Shown here piece after piece: positions 25,324-38,689 of a DNA stretch of 64,000 bases. The stretch spans positions 103,974,001-104,038,000 of the forward strand of contig OZ024742.1 of assembly GCA_964016885.1 (NCBI GenBank), written 5' to 3'. Source of the DNA: Eledone cirrhosa (lineage: Eukaryota). The notes beneath the pieces are model-generated. The model saw only the letters and a list, made by a program, of their open reading frames with translations. It was not told the origin of the DNA and searched no databases. A program made the position numbers and the translations under genes. Positions within the stretch are counted from its first letter, which is position 1. The number at the start of each line of letters is the position of its first letter.

Positions 25324-25410
25324 CATACGTACATACGTATATACATACATACATACATACATACATACATACATACATACATACATACATACATACATAC
25401 ATACATGCAT
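25098..25410. repeat. (CA)n/(CATA)n microsatellite
   Basis: Read directly from the sequence. Confidence 0.95.
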
Positions 25411-26573
25411 ATATAAATAAACATACATACGTATCTGTATTTAAACATACATATTCACCTACATATACACACATAACATTGTGAATACACCTGCATATAC
25501 ACACACTTACACACCTACATATACACACATAACATTGTGAAATTAATTTGAGGAATGGTAAAAACTGGAAAAGAAATACCAAGAAAGTCAATGTAAAGTT
25601 GCTATAAAGCAAATTTATAAGAAGCAAGTTAATGTGTGTGTGAGGTTTTTGGATGGTCCAACATCAATGTATCACCAGGTGACACTTTCTCACAACAAGG
25701 GTAGAAAATCCACACTGTGTGTTTGTTGTGTGATTTACATCCCTCCATCACTTGTTAAGAGGGACACACCTCGTGTAAACAGGGCTGCGTTGGCCTGCTG
25801 ATGATGTGTGGTTGGCTGGTTGAGAACAGACACATAGCTTACAACTCTTTCTTGTGTGTCTGTGTGTGGGAAAGACAGAGAGGGTGGGAGAGAGACAGAG
25901 GGATATAAAGAGAGGGGGAGAGTGAGAAAGAGCATGAGAGAGAGAGAGGGGGAGAGTGAGAAAGAGCACGAGAGAGAGAGAGGGGGAGTATGTACGTGTG
26001 TATAACGAATTATGCCTGTTCCTTGTATGTATGAATGTATATATATATATATGTGTGTGTGTTTGCATACCTGTGTGAGTGTGTATGTGTGTGTAGTTGA
26101 GAACAGGTGTAAATTGTTTTATAGTTACTTATGTGTGTGTGCACATGCGCGCGCGCGTGTGTGTGTGTGTTTGTGTTGTTTAACCCTAGGCCATCCCTGA
26201 TCTAGCAAACCTAGGATTAAAGACATTCCAGTTGTGACCATCATGTCATTTTAAAGACTTTATTATCCAATATTCTTTATTGGTGGTGGAATGGCAGAAT
26301 TTCTAGACTGTTGGATAAAATGCCATTAAAAGTATCTGTTTGGCTCTTTGCATTCGGAGTTCAAATCCTGCTGAGGTCAACTTTGCCCTTCCCCCAAGTT
26401 TTCTGGCATTGTGTCTAAATTAGAAATCAATATCTGTTAGACACGCAGTGACTAACAACAGAATGTTTTAAGTCTGCATGTCTGACATATATGCGTAGCT
26501 TGTGAATAAAAATTCAAGGGGTTTCGCTGGCCGTGGTAATCCCTGCCAAACATCTTTTGTAATGTATCGTCTT

Positions 26574-26736
26574 ATTGGCTAATTTCATTGTCTTATTGGC
26601 TAATCAACCAATGAGAGTAATTTTTGCTCAAAAGCATCCGCCACTTTGTTTTCACTTTTATTTATCGTTTCGCTTTCGAATCTTCCTCCTGTGTTTCATC
26701 GTTTATAATCAAAATATTTTTCTTGTTTTGGTAAGT
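26574..26736 (+). promoter_or_regulatory. Putative CCAAT-box promoter and non-coding first exon
   Basis: ATTGG at 26574 and 26595, CCAAT at 26608, then a splice donor G|GTAAGT at 26731. Confidence 0.4.
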
Positions 26737-27176
26737 TATATTGTTAATTTAATATACGATTTTTTAAATTTATATTAACTATTTTTTTCCAGTTCGTTAT
26801 AACATGCTTATAATATTGGTTGTATCATATTTACTTGTATATTTGTCCATATTATTGTTTGTTTTATGTTAGATTATTTTATTATTATTATGTTAGATTA
26901 TTTTTTTATTATTATATTAGACTATTTGTATGTAATATTTAATTTTTATTAATTCAACTATAACAATTATTATGTAAAATATAATATTGATTGTTTTTTG
27001 TAGTTGTTTATATTAAAAGTCTGAAAATATTTTTATACATCTTACAATAATATTTATAAAATAACAATTTATAAAATAACAATTATATAATCTAATTACA
27101 TTACAACGATAATTTATTATTAATATATATCATGTTTAACTAGAGTTATTACAAGCATTGCCTTAAAAAAATATTA

Positions 27177-27615
27177 AACTAGACCTGAAAAATGCGCAAG
27201 CTCAAAAGAGCCACAGAATGTTATAATAAACCTTCAAAAGTGTGGGACTAGAGTTGTTGCTAAAAAATATTATCTATCGTACACTCTGTGGTATCCTTTT
27301 ATAAAAAAGAGACTCATAACGAACTCAAGAAGACACGATAATTATTTAAGTGAATTTATAATATAGAATTCGGTTTAAGTGCATTTCGTATTAATCATTA
27401 CTAAACATCTAATATGAGATATTGAACATTAGCTTAAATAATTATCGTGTCGTCTTGAGTTCGTTATGAGTCTCTTTTTTATAAAAGGATGCCACAGAGT
27501 GTACGATAGATAATGATTACAATATTTTTGAGAAACAACTCTAGTCCCACACTTTTGAAGGTTTATTATAACATTCTGTGGCTCTTTTGAGCTTGCGCAT
27601 TTTTCAGGTCTAGTT
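27177..27615. repeat. Long inverted repeat (~175-bp arms, ~82-bp spacer)
   Basis: 27177-27350 is the reverse complement of 27433-27615 with few differences. Confidence 0.9.
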
Positions 27616-27736
27616 ATCTAATGTTTTCTTCAATTTTTAAGACAGTAGGACAGGGATTACTAACTTGAAGCGATTGTACCTTTATGGGTAAATTGGAACG
27701 ATTGTTCCTTTATGGGGTAAATTTCACTAACTAATT

Positions 27737-27937
27737 ATAAGGGTCGGTTGAAAAGTTTATAGGCTGGCCAAGATACTCTCATGGAATGACCAAATGAGGT
27801 TTATTTTTTAACATAGTCCTTGGAAAGAAACAATGGAGTTATTAATAAGAAGAGTTGAAATTAATGTATGCAAGATTTCACAGCTTTAGCATCACTCCTT
27901 CATAGTGAGCCTATGACATTTTCAGCCTACCCTCGTA
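27737..27937. mobile_element. Tc1/mariner-type MITE
   Basis: TIRs of form TA(C)GAGGGT..GCTGAAAA; second copy in the opposite orientation at ~58265-58465. Confidence 0.7.
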
Positions 27938-28097
27938 AGTAGATGTACTGATTTTCTGTATTGGTCCCCCTTTTTTTCCAATTATAAGTAAAAACAAACC
28001 GAAGTTGAGAAGAAAATTTATAGTAGGCCTATTTTGTTTATTAAAATACTAATTTGTTTTCTTTGTACCATTTTGGACTTAAGAATATATATTGATT

Positions 28098-29745
28098 CAT
28101 GTGTTTACATTAACCAACTGTATTTGGTCCTAGTACATATGTCTATTTACATTGACTAACTGTATTTGGTCTTAGTACATATGTCTGTTTACATTGACTA
28201 ACTGTATTTGGTCCTAGTACATATGTCTGTTTACATTGACTAACTGTATTTGGTCTTAGTACATATGTCTATTTACATTGACTAACTGTATTTGGTCTTA
28301 GTACATATGTCTGTTTACATTGACTAACTGTATTTGGTCTTAGTACATATGTCTATTTACATTGACTAACTGTATTTGGTCTTAGTACATATGTCTGTTT
28401 ACATTGACTAACTGTATTTGGTCCTAGTACATATGTCTGTTTACATTGACTAACTGTATTTGGTCTTAGTACATATGTCTATTTACATTGACTAACTGTA
28501 TTTGGTCTTAGTACATATGTCTGTTTACATTGACTAACTGTATTTGGTCTTAGTACATATGTCTATTTACATTGACTAACTGTATTTGGTCTTAGTACAT
28601 ATGTCTATTTACATTGACTAACTGTATTTGGTCTTAGTACATATGTCTGTTTACATTGACTAACTGTATTTGGTCTTAGTACATATGTCTATTTACATTG
28701 ACTAACTGTATTTGGTCTTAGTACATATGTCTGTTTACATTGACTAACTGTATTTGGTCTTAGTACATATGTCTATTTACATTGACTAACTGTATTTGGT
28801 CTTAGTACATATGTCTATTTACATTGACTAACTGTATTTGGTCTTAGTACATATGTCTGTTTACATTGACTAACTGTATTTGGTCCTAGTACATACGTCT
28901 GTTTACATTGACTAACTGTATTTGGTCTTAGTACATATATCTGTTTACATTGACTAACTGTATTTGGTCTTAGTACATATGTCTATTTACATTGACTAAC
29001 TGTATTTGGTCTTAGTACATATGTCTGTTTACATTGACTAACTGTATTTGGTCTTAGTACATATGTCTGTTTACATTGACTAACTGTATTTGGTCTTAGT
29101 ACATATGTCTGTTTACATTGACTAACTGTATTTGGTCTTAGTACATATGTCTATTTACATTGACTAACTGTATTTGGTCTTAGTACATATGTCTGTTTAC
29201 ATTGACTAACTGTATTTGGTCTTAGTACATATGTCTGTTTACATTGACTAACTGTATTTGGTCCTAGTACATACGTCTGTTTACATTGACTAACTGTATT
29301 TGGTCTTAGTACATATGTCTATTTACATTGACTAACTGTATTTGGTCTTAGTACATATGTCTGTTTACATTGACTAACTGTATTTGGTCCTAGTACATAC
29401 GTCTGTTTACATTGACTAACTGTATTTGGTCTTAGTACATATATCTGTTTACATTGACTAACTGTATTTGGTCCTAGTACATACGTCTATTTACATTGAC
29501 TAACTGTATTTGGTCTTAGTACATATATCTGTTTACAATGACTAACTGCATTTGGTCCAAGTACATATATCTGTTTACAATGACTGACTGTATTTGGTCT
29601 TAGTACATATGTCTATTTACATTGACTAACTGTATTTGGTCTTAGTACATATGTCTGTTTACATTGACTAACTGTATTTGGTCTTAGTACATATGTCTGT
29701 TTACATTGACTAACTGTATTTGGTCTTAGTACATACCTCTATATA
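28098..29745. repeat. 42-bp minisatellite, ~39 copies
   Basis: Unit CATATGTCT(A/G)TTTACATTGACTAACTGTATTTGGTC(T/C)TAGTA. Confidence 0.97.
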
Positions 29746-31149
29746 CATTAACTTTTAGCAGGATTGTAAATAATGATAATCATATTTGTATCAACAGGGG
29801 TCACCAATATAGCAGTTTAATTAATTGTTACCAGTTTAGCAGAAAATATTTTGCCATGTAATAATAATATCAATATTTTGTGGTAGCAGGAAAGGGTATG
29901 GTTTTGTTATATCAATAAATGTAACGGTTTTGTTAAGTGTGAGAGAAGTGAATGTTTGTGGAATTAGCTGTAAAGTCTTCATAAACATTTTTACATGTTT
30001 TATTCACAACTAATTACAAAGAGTTAAGTTGAGTTGACATGTCAAACAAAGGAATAAACAGATTAAGAGTTAAGAAGTGAATGTGGCATTGTGCCAGGCC
30101 CAAGGAGACCGACAGGCCAAAGTGAAAATCTCACCGTTACATAATGTCCCTTCCCTTCAAGGTCCAAGCAGCATGAGAGAAAGTATATCGAAATAAGCGG
30201 GAAAAATCTTTGTTTTGGCAGAAGTTGATAAAATATATTCGTGCATGGCTCACGATTGGCCTGACTTAGCCAAATCATGCACGAATAGTTTACAAATGCG
30301 CCAAAGGCTTGCTACAGACTAACTGTATTTAAGAATATATGGATGGGTCCTTTTCAGCACAGCATCTCTCCATTCACTGCGTTCTTTCGTCATCTCCTCT
30401 GTGAGTCTCAATGATTTGAAATCAGTCCTCACCACCTCTACCCAGGTCTTCTTTGGTCTACCTCTACTGTGGCTTCATTCTACTGGGATCACCTGGCATC
30501 TCTTCATACATCAGAATTCACTTCTGTATACTCTAGTGTACATATGTAACTTTGTTTGTAAGTTTTTACCAAAGGCGGGTTAAATGGTTTTCATTTAAAT
30601 TAAAACTTTCCAACATAATTTTAAATAAGAACATTTTATTACATATACCATCTTACTGAAATTATAATCTTAGTGAATCCTTCCCAAATTCTTAATTAAT
30701 CAATTAATTAAATCACAAAGTTTTTTCAAAGTGTCTTTTATTCACAGTTGTATACAAAATGTAATAATATAATTGTAACAGAATGAAAACACAAACATAT
30801 ATAATATATATGAATATAAATGCATAAAAGAGTGATAAAAAAACATAAAAAAAGAAGAAAAAAAAGGGGGATGGCAATTGACCACCAAGTGCAACAATTG
30901 GCTGCACATCACATCTTAGGGGTTAACTAAACAATTTCAGGCAAGCCAATACGCTCGCAGCATTACCATGAGTGATGCCAAGGCTAAGGCACTGAAGCAA
31001 CCAGGCACCATCACAGGTATCACCTGACACCTCAGTAAGGCAAGCTGTCAGCAATGACAAGAACATCACTGTCAGCGGCCCAACTCCACCAAACTCCACC
31101 AGCGGCCCAACTCCACTACAGGCTGGAAAAAATAATTATTAGATAAATC

Positions 31150-31320
31150 CAGGAATTTTATTCTGTTCGGCAACGGAAGCAGTGACCTCCACATTTACCG
31201 CAGCATCCATGGTGTGGGAGGGAGCAAAAGAGTCACTGACTGTGGCATCACAGATGAGACACCTACCTCTTACCCAGGGACAAAAGGTAAGGCCATCTGG
31301 TCTCTTCCCAGCAATATTAA
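31150..31320 (-). mobile_element. CRE-like RLE relic
   Basis: Reverse complement encodes GKRPDGLTFCPWVRGRCLI.DAT. Confidence 0.6.
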
Positions 31321-31585
31321 ATCACAAAGTAGTTTATTAGAAATATGGTGATGAAAGGGTTTAAGAATCATTGTTGGAAACACAATTCTTTTAATAGCTC
31401 GTAAAGGTCTTCCTTGGACATGAGGGGGCAGACATTATATATTGAAATAGATAGTTCCATCCATGGTGGTGGTAGTGGTGGTAATGGTGGTGGTAGTGGT
31501 GATGGTGGTTGTGGTTGTGGTTGTGGTGGTAGTGGTTGTGGTTGTGGTGGCAGCATTGTCTACATTTGTGTTTGTGGTGGTAAAA

Positions 31586-32200
31586 TTGTTGTAGTTCAAC
31601 CCTAGGTCAACTCTAATTGAGCAGACCTATGATCAAAGTTGTTCCAGCCATGACTATCCCAATGATAGTGGTGGTGGTGGTGGTGGTAATATTGTTGTAG
31701 TTCAACCCTAGGTCAACTCTAATTGAGCAGACCTATGATCAAAGTTGTTCCAGCCATGACTATCCCAATGATAGTGGTGGTGGTGGTGGTGGTAATATTG
31801 TTGTAGTTCAACCCTAGGTCAACTCTAATTGAGCAGACCTATGATCAAAGTTGTTCCAGCCATGACTATCCCAATGATAGTGGTGGTGGTGGTGGTGGTA
31901 ATATTGTTGTAGTTCAACCCTAGGTCAACTCTAATTGAGCAGACCTATGATCAAAGTTGTTCCAGCCATGACTAACCCAATGATAGGTGGTGGTGTTGGT
32001 AGTGGTAATATTGTTGTAGTTTAACCCTAGGTCAACTCTAATTGAGCAGACCTATGATCAAAGTTGTTCCAGCCATGACTAACCCAATGATAGTGGTGGT
32101 GGTGGTGGTGGTAATATTGTTGTTGTTGTTTAACTCTAGGTCAACACTGATTGAGTAGATCTCTGATCAAAGTTGCTCCAGCCATGACTATCCCAATGGT
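31586..32200. repeat. ~106-bp tandem repeat, ~6 copies
   Basis: Each unit is CCCTAGGTCAACTCTAATTGAGCAGACCTATGATCAAAG plus (GGT)n. Confidence 0.93.
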
Positions 32201-32855
32201 AGAGGTAGTGGTGGTAGTGGTAGTGTTTACAATGATCCTTATGATAGGAATGTGAATAGCTATAACTGTGATGATGGTGATGATGATATTGAAGATAGAG
32301 ATAATTGTAATGGAGAGGAGGGGGTGTTTGCGTGCTTCTAGTTAAAAAAAGGTGTTTGAATGGTGTTAAATAAACCATTAAAGACAGTTGGAGCCGTAAA
32401 CATTATATAAATGTATGTGTTTCTGTATGTGTGTGTGTAACTAGGTGTTTATATTTGTCTATGGGTGTATGCGTGTGTATAAATGTAGGTGTATGTGTGT
32501 GTGTGTGTATATATATATATGTACACACACACATATGGTCACAGACAAATACATGCACCTAGTTAAACACACACATAGACATATTCTGGTGTGCAAGTAT
32601 TAAAAAGGGAGAGAGAAAAAAAAAGAAAGAAGGATACATAGATAAAGAGACAGGTAGAGAGAGTGTTGCCAAATATTATTCCCCTCTCTTTCTCTCCCAG
32701 TCACCCAGAAACTCGAATGTCGCCCTTAGCTCACCGGACAGGTTACACAGAGAGAAGATAGCAGTAAAGAAAGATATTCTCTAGCAGCAAGTTTTGGAAT
32801 AAACACAGCTGTCTTTGGAGAACAGCTTTACACAAGATCTAGTCAACTGGAGAAC

Positions 32856-34474
32856 ATGAATCAACTGAACAGTTACTCTTCGGGTAGAACATTCCCTGTT
32901 GAAACAGAATGTACTGAACAAGGCAACATATCTCATACCATCAACATAAACTTACCCACTGAAATAACTTCCAAGAACTTGCAGGTCGAGGGAATGGATA
33001 ATGTAGAGAACTCTTTGGTGGATCTCAACTCTGTGAAGGATAAACAGCAAAAAGAAGAAAATGAGTTAGAATTAGGTGATGAGGAATCATTTAAAATGTC
33101 TCCCACTTGCTCAGTAGAAGAGGATAAAGACTTAGTACAGTCTTTTGAATCAGACAATGATACAAAAAGACAAGAAATACAAGCCAATATATGTTATTCT
33201 GAATTTAGTGAAACAGGAAAGAAAATGGAAGAATGTTCATCTATTTGTAGTGGTTCTAACCATCTTCCTGTGTCTGACTCCATGAGCATTTTGGATGAAG
33301 AAGATAACCTGACACAGGTTTCTGATAACAGACCATCATCTAGTGAAGGAGAGTCTTCCAGTTTAAAGGACGGTGATATGCCATTGACTGATATTTCTAA
33401 AACTGATTCAATAGATAACTCTGAAGACATGAATTCTGCTTCCAATAACCAGGATAGCCAACCTGAAGATGTATTATATAATAAAATGGAACAAGAAACT
33501 GCTTTTATAAGTGCTGATTATGAATCTTCTGAGAACTGCTGTGTTGGAGACTCTAGCTCTGAAAACAATATTAAACCATGTTCTTCTGGTTGTCAATATG
33601 ATGAAATATCAATGCAGAATGGCTCAAACTGTAACAAATCTCCTTCTAATACAACTAAACACTCTGTTAGTTCACCAGTTCATTTTGAGAAAAAAACAAA
33701 AAAAAGGGTAATAACACACATTCTTACAAAAACTCCCCAAAAATGTAAAAAGAAAACACTGGACACGGTAAAAAAAGATACTTTAACAACTGATGGAGAC
33801 ATGTCTATTGTTGTAGAGGAAGATAATTCTTCACCTATTATTGCAAATGGATTGTATTTAAATGGAGACACAAGAAAACGTTCTAGTGAATCATTATTCA
33901 CTCGTCATCAACAAAATTCTTTGAAAGATGCCAAGAAATCTAAATATGTTTCAAAGACATCTAATACTGGCAATAGAGAGCAAAACTTCCTTGTTTCATT
34001 AGAAAGTACTTCCAGTGACTCAGAACTTTCCAATTCATCTGATGAGGATTACTATAGTCCACAAAAATACCAACAATGTAAAAAACATACCCTAAACATT
34101 TTTGTTTTGTTAGCGACTGTCTTTGCACTTGTTACAGGAGCATGTCTTCGGTCTGTGATTTCAGCAAAAGATTACCGTACTATTCTCTACATACGATTTC
34201 CAGGCCAGTTATTTTCTAATGTATTACAGATGTTAGCCATACCATTGCTTGTCTCTAGCCTCATATCGAACCTTTCATCACTCAGTATAACAGTATCACG
34301 TCATATCTGCCTACGTACACTGTTGTATTATCTTGCCACTTCATTAATAGCATTAATGACAGGAATCATTCTAGCAGTTACTATCCAACCAGGGACATTC
34401 AGCCTCAATTTGCCCATTGTGAAGCAAAGTATTCCAAAGGTCAACACTCTGGATATAATATTAGACATACTCAG
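32856..34474 (+). CDS. SLC1A: SLC1/EAAT-family amino acid transporter, first coding exon (long N-terminus, TM1-TM4a); symbol is family-level only
   Basis: C-terminal part matches SLC1 motifs (FPGQLF..VLQML.IPLLVSSLI, YYLATS.IA..GIIL...IQPG, LDILR). Donor AG|GTAAGT at 34475, acceptor at 32700, in-frame stop at 32727. Confidence 0.9.
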
Positions 34475-34698
34475 GTAAGTAAAACATTTCGTTCATTTAA
34501 AAAAAAAATCCTTCCATTACCATATTTCTCACAAAAATCGTTATCTATAGACTTCTAAGTCATTTAAAATTTTAATATTGTTACAATGATTTCAAATCTG
34601 CCTTGCAACTCAATTCACATATCAAAACAAAATCTGAACCAGATGAACAGAGGGTATAATATAACTTACTTTTCCTACCCTTAACTCGGAATGAGTGA

Positions 34699-34810
34699 TA
34701 TATGGTACCTGCAGTGGTATATGGTACCTGCAGTGGTATATGGTACCTGCAGTGGTATATGGTACCTGCAGTGGTATATGGTACCTGCAGTGGTATATGG
34801 TAACTGCAGT
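34699..34810. repeat. 19-bp minisatellite (TATATGGTACCTGCAGTGG), degenerating to ~34940
   Basis: Five near-perfect copies read directly. Confidence 0.9.
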
Positions 34811-34985
34811 ATTATATTGTCACTGCAGCAGCAGTATATGGTTTCTGTAGCAGTATGTCCACTGTAGTGGTATATGGTCATTGCAGCAGTATAGATTCAT
34901 TGCAGCTGTATATGGTCATTGCAGCAGTATATAGTCACAGCATCAAATTACGACAGTGACTTGTAGTCAGTGCATGTAGTCACTG

Positions 34986-35110
34986 GAGGTGTGTAGCTTA
35001 GTGGTTAGGGTGTTTGACTCGCGTTCATAAGGTTGTGAGTTTCATTCTCAGTGGTGAGTGTGTCCTTGAGCATGATACTTTATTTCCTGTTGCTCCAGTG
35101 TACTCAGCTT
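34986..35110 (+). mobile_element. tRNA-derived SINE (family B, CORE-like centre)
   Basis: TAGCTTAGTGGTTAGG A-box; GTGTCCTTGAGCA..ACTTTATTTC; copies at 42310-42648 and 51150-51290. Confidence 0.75.
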
Positions 35111-35237
35111 GTATCTGTGGAATGCTCAGCCACTTGCATTTCATGATCAGGCTGTTTTGTTTGAACAAAAGGAACACTCATTCTTGGAACCAACATAAGT
35201 CCAAAAACATTGCACACATAGCCACTACAATAACAAA

Positions 35238-35300
<63 letters not shown>

Positions 35301-35325
35301 CAGTAGTAATAGTAGTAGTAGTAGT
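35238..35325. repeat. (AGT)n microsatellite
   Basis: Read directly from the sequence. Confidence 0.95.
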
Positions 35326-36350
35326 AATTTAGTCCCAGATCAGCTTTGATCCAGCAGATACTATTATTAATTCAGCTGGTACTACCTTGTTTTATATTTA
35401 GACTAAATAATATCAAGGACTGGATTATTAAAAGTTTCTTTTTTATTCTTTAAATAGTGGACATGATTTAAAAGAGATTTGGTTTCTGTTTCTAACAGAT
35501 TGAACAACCACTTTTTCTTTGACTGGTCAATTGACAGGGTCACTTCAGTGCACTTGGTTAAAACAATGAAATGAACTACACTATATAGCACATGGTCAAG
35601 GCAGTGGTCTGTTGTTATTGTTTTGTCATAAAAGGGTTGTGGATTGGCAGAGTTGTTAGTATGTTAGACTAAGGCCTAGCAGTATCTATTTAAGTTCTGA
35701 GTTCAAATCCTGCTGAAGTCAACTTTGCATTTCATCCTTTTGAGGTAAATAAAATAAAGTATCCATACAGTACTGGGGTCAGTATAATGGACTTTTCTCT
35801 CCCCAGAAATGTCTGACCTTGTGCTTAAATTAGAAACCATTCTTTAGTCCCAAGGCCAGCTCTGAATGAACAGACCTATAATGATTTCTCATTTAGGCAC
35901 AAAGCCAGAAATTTATGGGCAGGCGGTGGTCATTTATATTGACTTCCAGTTCTTTACAGGCATTTTATTGACCCCAGAAGGATGAAAGACAAAGTTAACC
36001 GTAGCAGAAATTGAACTCAGATTGTAAAGAATTGTAAATGCCATAAAGCATTTTGTTTGATACTCTAATAATTTTTCTGCTAATCTGTTGCCCAGAGTAG
36101 TCTTATAATCAAAGGTAATCTAGCTATGACAATATCATCTTTTTTATTAAGCAGTGTCCACTGAGGATCATAGGATCTAACATGTTCCTCACCTTTTTAC
36201 ATGGTGTATGGGCATGTCAGATGTAGTGTGAGGGTTATTTGACTGATTTTTCTAGAAGGCTGAGCGACTGCACTGGGGATCTTTCATATAGTTAATTAAC
36301 AAGGTTACTGCAATTGTGTGAAATACAGGCATGAGATAACCAGTGATATT

Positions 36351-37581
36351 ATCATCATCATCATCACCATTTTATGTCCGTTCTTCCACGCTAGCATGGG
36401 TTAGAGAGGTAGTTCTGTTGTGGGCAGTAGCCAGTCGGCTGACCATGTCTTGCTCATACAGGAACTGATTCTGGCTTGATTCTACAGCTGGATGCCCTTC
36501 CTAACACCAACCTCATTTACTGTGAGTGCTGGGTGCTTTTTTTCCGTGGCGCCTACATGTCCACTTTACAGTGTGGGCTGGGTGCTTTTTTGCCATGGCA
36601 CCTCCATGACCACTTTGCAGTGGGAAGGGGTGGGGCATATTGTCTATATGCTTCAGCTTCAGCTTGTACCCGTGGGGGGTCGGGTCTTTTGTATTACTGT
36701 GTGACGCCAGAGGTCACAGTCATGTATCATCGCCTTTGAGAGGTGTAACTGGGTAAGGTCGGCTTTCATCACCTCATCCCAGGTCTTCTTGGGTCTCCCC
36801 ACTTCGCGGCTTCCATCAACTTCTAGTGCTCTGCACCTTTTTATGCAGCTGTCATCCTTTGTACGCATCACCTGTCCATACTAACACAACCTCCTCTCTT
36901 GCACATAGCATTTGATTCCTCTTATGCTCAGTCTCTCTCTCAATTCATTTATGCATTGCCGTTCGCGTATATTACTATTACACATCCATCGGAGCATGCA
37001 GGCTTCGTTTCTTTCTAATCTATGCAAGTCTTCTACAGACAGTGCCCAGGTCTCACTACCATGTAACATTGCTGTTCGTATGCACGCATCATACAGTCTG
37101 CCCTTCATTTTGAGGGAAAAGCCTTTTGCAGCTAGCAGTGGCAGTAGCTCCCTGAACTTCTTCCATCCCGTTCTTACTCTAGTTATTGTACTTTCCGAAC
37201 ACCCACCTCCGCTGCTAATTCGGTCACCTAGGTAGCAGAAGCTGTCTACTGTTTCTACAGAGCCCTCCCAGAGTTCGGTGGTGCTTGTTTCCTGTGGCTG
37301 TTTGCTGCTTGCTGTCCCAGCACAGCTGCTACATGTGAAGCCTACATTCTTAGTTAAGCTTCTTGAGATCCCACTACATCTCTTGTGTACCCATTGTTTG
37401 CATTTGGGGCAGAGGATGGAGTTCCTACCTACACCTTTCCTACATACTGAGCAAGGCCATTTCCCTGAGGGGATCTGGGTTCTGTTTTCTCGTCTACTGA
37501 CAAGGACCTTGGTCTTTGTCATGTTGACTTTTAGACCCCTTCTTTCTAGTCCCTGCTTCCATGTTTGAAATTTCTTCTCTA
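36351..37581 (-). mobile_element. 5'-truncated RTE LINE (intronic, antisense)
   Basis: ORF 36881-37522 is nearly identical to the 63246-63880 translation, including the PHD-like finger; (CAT)n tail. Confidence 0.92.
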
Positions 37582-38689
37582 CATATAGTCACAAAATCAT
37601 TTGTGATCACTTCTCATGGTAATTACTATAATGATTTCTAATTTAAGGCACAAAGCCAACAATTTTCAGGGAAGGGAACCATCAATTATATTTACCAAGC
37701 CAGTACTTGACTGTTGCTTTATTTATTGAGCTCGTAAGGATGAAAGGCAAAGCTGACTTCAATGGAATTTGATCACAGAACATAAAGGGTCATAACTGCT
37801 GCAGGACATTTTATCCAATGCTCTAATCACTGTCTATTCACTGCCCTAGTCACTACTATAATTGTTTCTGATTTATGTACAAGGCCAGCAATTTTGGGGG
37901 AGGGGAAAGTCAATTAAATCGATCCAGTGCATTACTGGTACCTTATTTTATCGACCCCATAAACGAAAGGCGAAGCTAGCCATGGCGGGATTTGAACTCA
38001 GAACATAAATGGCCATAACTCTATGCCACGAAGCATGTTGTCTGATGCTCTACTGATACTGCCAATCCACTGCCTTTTACTGTAATGAGATATATTCAAT
38101 AGATGAGATATGCTCAATACACATGGACATTGCAGAAAGATGTCATTGCATATGTTCCAATTATGAAGAGTGGTCATTGTACATACTTGATACACTGATA
38201 TTTGGTCAGTGAATGGTACAAAGATGGTTGTTGTTATTTGGTTTAGGTCCGAAACTGCCCCTGGTTCTGTGATACAAAGCTGTTTATTTTAAAGTGTTTA
38301 TATTTATCTTAAAACCATCCATTATAATCTTATGCAAGAATCCAAACCCCAGGTAAATAATGAGAAATTTAGTTACTTTATTAAATTCATCTAAATTCTT
38401 GATTGTCTTCAAAATTATTTGTAAATTGTAGGTAGCATATTTCTCTAGAAATATGGTAATAAAAGGGTTAAAGGATAACATATTCCTGTACAAAATTCTT
38501 GATTATTTTCTCAATTCTGCCAATCAACCACCCTGGATCAGTACACTATTTTATCAACCCTGGGAGGACGAAAGACAAAGTTGACCTCAGCAGGATTTGA
38601 ACCCAGACCATAAAGAACTGGAATAAATACTGCAAAACATTTTGCCAGACCCTTTAAAGATTCTGCCAATTCTCTGCCACAGGAGTTAT

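Noticed and set aside
28098-29745. CRISPR-like regular array
   Set aside because: No unique spacers; pure tandem repeat in eukaryotic DNA.
31368-31605. Gly/Cys-rich or Pro-rich ORFs
   Set aside because: Translation of a (GGT)n microsatellite.
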